Of a stretch of DNA of 54,350 nucleotides, positions 43,007-50,800 are shown piece after piece. The stretch covers positions 1-54,350 of the forward strand of contig DATCYC010000302.1 in the NCBI GenBank assembly GCA_036570525.1, written 5' to 3'. The DNA is from Luteimonas sp. GTDB taxonomy: Bacteria > Pseudomonadota > Gammaproteobacteria > Xanthomonadales > Xanthomonadaceae. The number at the start of each line of letters is the position of its first letter. Positions within the stretch are counted from its first letter, which is position 1. The notes under the pieces were generated by a model. That model worked only from the letters and a program-made list of their open reading frames with translations. It was not told the origin of the DNA and searched no databases. The translations under genes were made by a program, and so were the position numbers.

Positions 43007-43708
43007 ATGCTAGCTGCCAACACGGTCAACAGAATTCTTCGCCTCTCTGGCTTGAACATACAACGTTGGCACGACCCCCTGTTTGATCTGCAAAGCCTGA
43101 CAGGAAAGGACGCCATTGCCACAATGCTCGACGGCGGAGCCTACAAGGGCAACAAGGCCATAATCATGTTGGAGCTGTTTCCGCACGCAGAAGTGCATTG
43201 CTTCGAACCGCAGCCGGAGCCATTTCGGAATCTGCAACAGCGCTTTTGCAATGAGCCGCGTTGCAGCGTAATGCAGGCAGCATTGTCTGATGTTGGGGGG
43301 GCGGCGCAGATGTTCGTCACCCAGAACATGTACGCCTCATCGCTAATGAAACCTATTGCGATGGATATCGAGGCGCGTAGCGTTATCGATGTTGTCGTCA
43401 CCACCATCGATCAGTACATGGACAAACAGGGCCTTCGGAGTTTCGATTTCATCAAGCTTGACCTTCAGGGCAACGAACTAAAGGCCCTCAAGGGCGCTGC
43501 CAAGGCACTGAAATCCTGCAAGGCCATCTTGGTGGAAGTCAATTTCCGTGAACGCTACGAAGGCTGCACCCAGTTCAACCAGCTCTACGATGTACTGGCT
43601 GATGCCGGCTTCTGCCTGTACAAGATCTACGAAATCCATGGCTACTCCGATGGCTCATGGAAGTTGGGCGATGGCTTGTTCCTGAAAAGTGAACTGTTGC
43701 GGGAATAG
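43007..43708 (+). CDS. FkbM-family methyltransferase (low-GC gene)
   Basis: DGGAYKG, HCFEP, IKLDLQGNELKALKGA and GDGLF. AGAGG RBS. Confidence 0.92.
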   Translation: MLAANTVNRILRLSGLNIQRWHDPLFDLQSLTGKDAIATMLDGGAYKGNKAIIMLELFPHAEVHCFEPQPEPFRNLQQRFCNEPRCSVMQAALSDVGGAAQMFVTQNMYASSLMKPIAMDIEARSVIDVVVTTIDQYMDKQGLRSFDFIKLDLQGNELKALKGAAKALKSCKAILVEVNFRERYEGCTQFNQLYDVLADAGFCLYKIYEIHGYSDGSWKLGDGLFLKSELLRE

Positions 43709-43792
43709 GCCAAACGGGGCAGTTTCTCACGCAACGGAGGAAAAGAGCGCCCGTCGAGCCCCACGCCGCAGCCATGCATTGCGCCCATGATC

Positions 43793-45469
43793 TCAGCGCA
43801 CTTCCGGAGCGTCCTGCGTGCTCCGTTCGTCGATCCAGCGATTCAGCCTCAACCAGAGCATCATGATCGGGGAAGTGATCCACACTGCCTCGTTCTGCAG
43901 GCCCGGCTTCCCTGTTGCAGGTCGACCAGATCCGCGACTGCCTGCAGGCGCGACATCATCGGTACCGGTCTCCGGCAACTGCGTTCGGGAGCCTGCGCGC
44001 GGATGCGCCGGTGCCGGAGCCACGGGTTTCACGGCCGATGGTGGTATCAGCGGTTGCGCACCATTCATGGGAATGGGCGCCGCGCTGCCGCTCGTGCTCT
44101 CCAGCGCACCGATGTCCACGCGCGCGCCAGGCGAGCGCACCACTTCCGCACCAATGGCCATCTTGGCGCGCAATGGCGGATCGAACTGCGGCAGCAGCAG
44201 CGGCGACGGGAACGGGAAGGCCGACGGCGTTACCGGCTGCGGGTTGCCGGCCGACACCAGCGGGCTGGCAGCTGCGGGACGTAGCTGGCGCTGAGCGATG
44301 CTGGCGAACATCGGATTGCTCCCGCTCAGCGTACCGGTCCACTCCTGCGGCACGAGCTGTGCGGAGGACTGCACCCAGTTGTTGGAACCGGCCACCTTGC
44401 GGCCATCGGTCCAGGGCTCGCGGCTCTGAGGGCCACAATACGGGGTGGACACGTTGCTGGCCGGATTCTCGCGCACGATGGCCGGCGAGCTGCCTGCCGG
44501 AGCCTGGTAGATGACGTTGTTGTGCATCTCCAGCGAACCCGCGCCCAGTTGCACCATCACCGCGTTGGCCTGGCCCGAGTTGGTGAACAGCACCGTGTTG
44601 TTCACCATCCGCACGCGTCCCTGGCTGCGCCCGTTGAGGTCGCCGCCGATGCGCACGGCATTGCGCCAGCCCGGATTGTTGTGGACGATGACGTTGCCGA
44701 CCAGGTCCGCATCCTCGCGCCTGAGATCGGCCGACCAGCCGGGCTGCTGCGTTTCGCAGTCGGGCCCGATCAGCTCGACCTCCCCGTAGCCATTCGACGC
44801 GTCGCCCTCGATCCAGTTGTAGTAGATCTCGGCGCGCTCGTGGCGCACGCGCACCAGGACCCCACCGGTCGGGCTGTGAACGTAGTTGTACTGCATGCGG
44901 AAGACCGAACCGGGGTACGCGACCTCGTCCGACTGCATGTAGATCGAATGCCTGCGCGTGCCGTCACCCGAATTGAAGATCTCGCTGTACTCGAGCGTGA
45001 ACGATCCGGAGTTGTTGTCGGCGCCCAGGATCCCGTGCGACGGGCAGTCGCGGATGATGGCGTCGCGGACGGTGACGTCATGGGCTTCGCTGAACACGCA
45101 GGACAGCGTCCCGCCCCTGACGTCGAAGCCATCGAAGACCACGTGGTTGGACTGCTGGAACTTGATGGTGTGCGTGCCGCCCTGCAGGACCGGCCGCGTC
45201 GAGCCCACCGAACGGTTCCAGCGGAACGTCACCGGGTTGCCCGGCGCGCCGCGGTCCCCGCTGCGGACGATGATGTCACCGTTGTAGGTCGTGCCGCCGT
45301 CGACCAGGACCATGTCGCCGGGTTCGAGGTTGACGCTGTCGACGAGGGTGGAAAGCTGGGTGTAGTCGCGCCCGGAGGGGCCGACGGTGTAGGTCGCGGC
45401 ATGTACCGCGCTGGGCAGAAAAAGTGCAAGGGCAACCCAGAAAGAATAGAGAGCAAAGCGCATCTGCAT
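43793..45469 (-). CDS. Secreted right-handed beta-helix (pectin-lyase fold) protein with DIGALE end-motif and conserved C-terminal tail
   Basis: Signal peptide (VHA-ATYTVGP), PGD.V.V..G.Y start motif, Asn-ladder repeats (GNVI, NNTV, NNVI) and choice-of-anchor-Q-like DIGALE. Confidence 0.85.
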   Translation of the reverse strand: MQMRFALYSFWVALALFLPSAVHAATYTVGPSGRDYTQLSTLVDSVNLEPGDMVLVDGGTTYNGDIIVRSGDRGAPGNPVTFRWNRSVGSTRPVLQGGTHTIKFQQSNHVVFDGFDVRGGTLSCVFSEAHDVTVRDAIIRDCPSHGILGADNNSGSFTLEYSEIFNSGDGTRRHSIYMQSDEVAYPGSVFRMQYNYVHSPTGGVLVRVRHERAEIYYNWIEGDASNGYGEVELIGPDCETQQPGWSADLRREDADLVGNVIVHNNPGWRNAVRIGGDLNGRSQGRVRMVNNTVLFTNSGQANAVMVQLGAGSLEMHNNVIYQAPAGSSPAIVRENPASNVSTPYCGPQSREPWTDGRKVAGSNNWVQSSAQLVPQEWTGTLSGSNPMFASIAQRQLRPAAASPLVSAGNPQPVTPSAFPFPSPLLLPQFDPPLRAKMAIGAEVVRSPGARVDIGALESTSGSAAPIPMNGAQPLIPPSAVKPVAPAPAHPRAGSRTQLPETGTDDVAPAGSRGSGRPATGKPGLQNEAVWITSPIMMLWLRLNRWIDERSTQDAPEVR

Positions 45470-45570
45470 GGTTCCGTACTCCAACCCCCTGCCTGTGGAA
45501 CGATACCATCCGGATCCCGCGGACCAGCTGCGCACTCAGGCCGGTGGGCCGTTCTTCGAAATTCGTCGCA

Positions 45571-46392
45571 CTATTTCGCCTGTAATCGAGACGTCGCTGC
45601 GGGCACCTTGAACTTCTCGCACCAGTCGCCGACGCTCGACAACACGCGATCGCGATCGGCGGGCGACATCAGGGTGTGGTCGAACTCGGGCCAGTACGTC
45701 GTTGCCAGGCCCGCATGCCGGCAGGATTCGCCGAAGGTGTCGTCAAGCTGGCGACGATCCATCATGTACTTCGACACCCCGCCGGTGTACATCGCCAGGA
45801 TCCGGACGCCGCGCGAGAGAAGGTTCGTGGATTGCCGCCGGAATTCCTTCGGCTCGGGCCAATCGCGGATGACGGCGATGTCCGCCGCGCGCGTCGGTTC
45901 TTCCGGACGCAGGCCGCGGAGCAACCGCCACGCCAATCGCGGCCATTGCCATGGCGGTCGACGCAGTGCCTTTCGCACGCGCGCAAGGCGGAACCACCGC
46001 CCCCGATGGGCGAACCCGTCGAGCAGCCAGACGCCGGCGATTCGTGGATCGTCCTGCGCGATGTGCCAAGCCATGTCGGCTGCACTGCAGATACCGCCGA
46101 TGACAAAACACCTGGCACCGGCCTCACGCTCCAGCGTATCCAATGTTGCCGCCACCATCGCACCAACCGACACCCCCGCCGCAGGCCCGTCCCCGACCCG
46201 CGGCAGGTCGAAGCGAAAGACATCCACGCCGCGTGTGGCAAGGTATCGGGCGATAGCAACGTACCCCCGGAACGGCCCCACCCGATGCGTCAGGCCCGCA
46301 TTGAGAAGCACCAGCGTCACGGGCGCCGCCCGGGCCGTTGCCGGGGTGAGGATTCCGTAGCCGAACCCTGGAATGTCGATCACTTCATCCAT
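45571..46392 (-). CDS. Alpha/beta-fold protein resembling exosortase-A-associated hydrolase 1 (Cys at elbow)
   Basis: NAGLTHRVGP, FRFDLPRVGD, GICSAAD elbow and C-terminal DHT. Confidence 0.75.
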   Translation of the reverse strand: MDEVIDIPGFGYGILTPATARAAPVTLVLLNAGLTHRVGPFRGYVAIARYLATRGVDVFRFDLPRVGDGPAAGVSVGAMVAATLDTLEREAGARCFVIGGICSAADMAWHIAQDDPRIAGVWLLDGFAHRGRWFRLARVRKALRRPPWQWPRLAWRLLRGLRPEEPTRAADIAVIRDWPEPKEFRRQSTNLLSRGVRILAMYTGGVSKYMMDRRQLDDTFGESCRHAGLATTYWPEFDHTLMSPADRDRVLSSVGDWCEKFKVPAATSRLQAK

Positions 46393-47176
46393 TGGCCATC
46401 GTCCGGTTGCGCTGCGGCAGGTCGAGCAGCAGCGCCTGCACCACCGGCTCGGCATCGCGAAGGTGGATGATGCTGCGCAGGTCGAGTTCGTCGACCCAGT
46501 CGGCGGCGGCTTCCGGCAACACATGATGGACGCCGTCTGCAAAAGCCACCGGCACGGTGCCCGGACCTGTCACCACCGCGACCGGCAATCGCGTACCTCC
46601 CGCCACCACGCAGCGCGAGGCGAGTTCCCTGCGGAACCCCGCCGAGGTGCGGAACCCGACCAGCTCCTCGCGTTCGGCCGGCACCGGCAGTGCGCGCAGC
46701 GGATAGCGGTGTGGATCGGTACGAGCTGCGAGGTCCTGGGCTTCCAGCGATTGCACGTGGGCACAACCATCCACCACCGGCAGCCAGAGCCATAGCGCAT
46801 CGGCCCTTGCAGGATCGGCGGCATGGAATGCCAGCGGCGCGGACGCGCGGATTCCCATCAAGACCAGTGGATGGTCGCCGACGCGCCGGCGCAGTTCGGC
46901 GGCCGCGCAGGCGATGTCCGCAAGCGCCAGGTCCGGGCTGAAGTCGGCATCGTCGCCTTCCGAGTCGCCGGTTCCGTGATAGTCGAAGCGCAGGCAGGCG
47001 ACACCGTCGGCCGCCAGCCGTCCGGCCATCTGCGAGAAGAAGCGATAACTGCGTGTGTGCTCGTGCAGTAACGGTGGGCACATCAACACCTGGGCACGCG
47101 TCGAGCCCACTGCGGGATGCAGCACGCCGAACAACCTGCGCTCCTGTGCGAAAAAGTGGAATGGCTGCATGCTCAT
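46385..47176 (-). CDS. Alpha/beta-fold protein resembling exosortase-A-associated hydrolase 2 (Arg at elbow)
   Basis: CPPLLHE, RFDYHGTGDSEGD, GIRASA elbow and LWLPVVDG. Confidence 0.78.
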   Translation of the reverse strand: MSMQPFHFFAQERRLFGVLHPAVGSTRAQVLMCPPLLHEHTRSYRFFSQMAGRLAADGVACLRFDYHGTGDSEGDDADFSPDLALADIACAAAELRRRVGDHPLVLMGIRASAPLAFHAADPARADALWLWLPVVDGCAHVQSLEAQDLAARTDPHRYPLRALPVPAEREELVGFRTSAGFRRELASRCVVAGGTRLPVAVVTGPGTVPVAFADGVHHVLPEAAADWVDELDLRSIIHLRDAEPVVQALLLDLPQRNRTMANG

Positions 47177-47300
47177 GAAGGTGCAGCGAAAGGTCCTGGC
47201 ATTCAGGCGACGACGCGCGAGGATGTGTGCAACTGGCGACGGACGCCATCGGTCACCATCGCCTCTTTCCCGGTACAACGGAAGAAGCGATGGCAGTCGG

Positions 47301-47636
47301 TCAGTCTCGTACCGACGCAGCGCCAAGCAGGCGTTTGACACGTCCCAACAGCCGGCCGCTGGAACTACGCGCACCTGGCACCGCGACGTCCGGCAGGTCG
47401 GCAGCAATTTCACCCAGGCTCTGCACCGCAAGCTGCATCAGCTTGATGCGCACGCCGGTCTCCTTCACAACGCGTTCCGACATCTGTATGGCGAGCATCG
47501 AATTTCCGCCGATGTCGAAGAAGTTGTCCGACGGCTTCACGTCCATGTCCAGCAGCTCCGACCAGATCCCGACCAGGTAGGCCTCGCGCGGTCCGGTGGT
47601 CTGGGCTTGGGCGCTGGTCGCGGTGTCGTCTTGCAT
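47301..47636 (-). CDS. Stand-alone peptidyl/acyl carrier protein
   Basis: IWSELL...DNFFDIGGNSMLA PP-binding motif. GGAG RBS. Confidence 0.92.
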   Translation of the reverse strand: MQDDTATSAQAQTTGPREAYLVGIWSELLDMDVKPSDNFFDIGGNSMLAIQMSERVVKETGVRIKLMQLAVQSLGEIAADLPDVAVPGARSSSGRLLGRVKRLLGAASVRD

Positions 47637-47877
47637 TGAGTTCTCCCCGTGGATCCCTTGCCTGTCGGCGTGTGTGCCGCCCCATGCATCGAATGCCAGC
47701 GTCACGGATGCTCCTGCCGTGATCGGGCGTGACCGGGGCATCCGGCGCATGTTCGATTCTTCCAACGTCGATTACGGCGGCAAGCGGCCGGATTCGCGCT
47801 CCGGGCGTTAAGCCAGCGCGTCGCGCCGCGGGAGGCAAACAGCCGGGCTTCCCCGTTACACCCCACCACGACCGTAC

Positions 47878-50800
47878 TCATGCCGATTCCGTGCGCCCCC
47901 TCCCTGCCAACACATCGGCGTCGCGCATGGCCAGACCCACCAGCTTCCCGACAATGCGAGCGGGATCGTCGGCAATTGCACGCAGCAGCGCCATGTAGCG
48001 CTCGCGCAGCTGGAGGATGCTCTGTTCGAGCAGGATGTCCGAGTTGTAGATCAGCCCGCCAGCCATCCCGCCGCCGTCCTCGACGAACCACAGGCCCAGG
48101 TCCTCGGTCGCACCGGGCTGGAAGACCTCGATGCGGCTGTGATCAAGGTCGCCCCAGCGCACCACGCGCTGGCGGATGTCCTGGAACGAAAACAGCGCCT
48201 GGTACAGCATCGAACCGCCGCCTTCACTGCGCAGGCTCAGCTCGCGGGTCAGGTCCTCGAGCCGGATGTCGGGCGCGGAGAAGCTGTCCAGCACTACGTC
48301 GCGCACCTTTCGCACCAGTTCCGAGAACGGCTGCGCCGGGTCGATCTCCATGCGCAGCGGCAACAGGTTGGTGAAGTAGCCCATCAGGCCCTCGACTTCC
48401 GACGAGTTGCGCCCGCGCACCGGGGTGCCGATCACCATGTCACGCTGGCCGGCAAAATCGGCGAGCAGCAGCGCATACGCGCTGAGCAGGGTCACGAACA
48501 GGGTCACGTCCATGTCGCGGCTGCGGGCATGCAGCGCGGCGGTCAGGTCTCCCGGGACCATGACCATGCACGACGCACTGTTGCCCGACATCCCGCGCTT
48601 GCGTGGCTTGTCCGTGGGCAGGGCCTGCGGCCGACCGCCCTGCGAGTTGGGCGCGCCCAGGCGTTCGCGCCAGGACAGCAGCTGCTTCGCGTACTCCGGG
48701 CCCTTTACCCACTCGTTGTGCCAGGCCGCGTAGTCGCCGTAGGTCACCGGCAGCTCCGGCAGCCTCGGCGCACGCCCCTCGACCAGCGCCGCGTAGATCT
48801 CGGCGATGTCCGAGTACAGCAGGTCGAACGACCAGCCATCCCAGATGATGTGGTGCGGCATGAAGAACAGCGCGTGCTCCTGCTCGGCAAGCTTGAACAG
48901 TTGCGCGCGGAACAGCGGCGCCCGTGAAAGGTCCTCGAAAGGCGTCTCTACCATTGCCTGCATGCGCCGGGCAACCTCGGCTTCGCGCTCATCCTCGGGT
49001 AGCGCGCTCAGATCCTGCACCTGCAGCAGGTCGGGGTCGATGTCATCGTGGATGACCTGGACCGGCTCGCCATCCTCGGTGGCGATCGTGGTGCGCAGCA
49101 CGGTCTGCCGCTGCGCGACTTCGCGGAACGCGCGGTCCAGCAGGGCCACGTCGAGCGGACCTCGCAGGCGGTGTCCGGAAGGCGTGTTGTAGGACAGGGT
49201 TCCGGGATTGAATGCCTCCAGCATCCGCAGCCGTTCCTGCACCAGCGACAGCGGCGCCCGGCCCTGGTCTTCGCGCCGCACGATCTTCGGGCGTGGCGTC
49301 GCCCCGTCGCCCTCTTGCCCGATGATCTCAGCCAGCCTGGCCACCGTGGGACAGTCGAACACCGAGCGCAGCGACAGCGATGCGCCCAGGTCGCGGTTCA
49401 GCCGCGTGGTCAGCTGAGCGGCCAGCAGCGAATGGCCGCCAAGCGCGAAGAAGTCGTCATGCACGCCGATGTCGGGTACGCCAAGCACCTGCGACATCGC
49501 CTCGGCGATCGTGCGCTCGGTCTCGTTACGGGGCAGCACCAGGTCGCCGGCAGCGCGGGCCCCCAGGTCAGGCGCAGGCAGCGCCTTGCGATCGACCTTT
49601 CCGTTCGGGGACAGCGGAATCGTATCCAATGCGACGAAATGCTGCGGCACCATGTAATCGGGCAGCAGTGCCTTCAGGTGCGCCGACAGCGCGTCCGGAT
49701 CGGCCTGGGCACCGGGCCTTGCGACCACGTAGGCCACCAGCCGGACGTCGCCGGGACGATCCTCGCGCGCGACGACCACGGCCTGGGCAACCGATTCGTG
49801 CGCCACGAGGTTGTTCTCGATCTCGCCCAGCTCGATCCGGAAGCCGCGCAGCTTCACCTGGAAATCGTTGCGGCCCAGGTACTCGATGTTGCCGTCCGCG
49901 CGCCAGCGCCCGAGATCACCGGTCTTGTACATGCGCGCGCCGGGCTCGCGCACGAACGAGTCGGGCAGGAATCGCTCGGCGGTTAGCTCGTCGCGGGCGA
50001 AGTAGCCGCGTCCGACCTGCACGCCGCCGATGAAAATCTCGCCCGGCACGCCGATCGGCACCGGCTGCCCGGACTCGTCGAGGATGTAGATGCGGGTATT
50101 GGCGACCGGATGCCCGATCGGCACGCTTGCCCCGGCTGCGGCGGTGCTGCAGTTCCACGCAGTGACGTCCACCGCGGCCTCGGTCGGCCCGTACAGGTTA
50201 TGCAACTCGACGCCCGGCAGCTTCCGCCCGAATGACTCGACCAGCGATGCAGGCAGCGCCTCGCCGCTGCAGATCACCCGCCGCAGGCCCGCGCAGGCCC
50301 GGCCCACGCCGGGATGTTCGAGGAACGCGTGCAGCATCGACGGCACGAAGTGCATCGTGGTCACGCCACGCGCCTGCACGGTGTCGGCGAGGCAGGCCGG
50401 ATCCTTGTGGCCGTCCGGCCGCGCCATCACCAGGCGCGCGCCCGACAGCAGCGGCAGGAAGAACTCCCACACCGACACGTCGAAGCTGAAGGGAGTCTTC
50501 TGCAGCACCGTGTCGCCGGGGCCGATGCCGTACTCGTCGCGCATCCACAGCAGGCGGTTGACCACGCCGCGATGCTCGTTCATCGCGCCCTTCGGCATGC
50601 CGGTCGAGCCGGACGTGTAGATCAGGTAGGCGAGGTTGGTCGCGGCCGCGGCGGGCTCCGGGTCGGCCTCAACCTGCCGTGCCCAGTCCGGCTTCGCCGA
50701 ATCGAGCACCAGCTGCGGCAGCGAGTGGTCGATGCCCGCCAGCATCCCGGCCAGCGCCTGCTGGGTCAGCAGCACGGACGGACGGCAGTCACCGAGCATG

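Noticed and set aside
47833-47877. GGCAAAC (c-di-GMP-I riboswitch-like start) and GTTACACCCC (shared with the REP at 4086-4096)
   Set aside because: There is no GAAA tetraloop or second stem and it is on the wrong strand for the PCP gene. The 10-nt REP match lacks GTAG and the hairpin.
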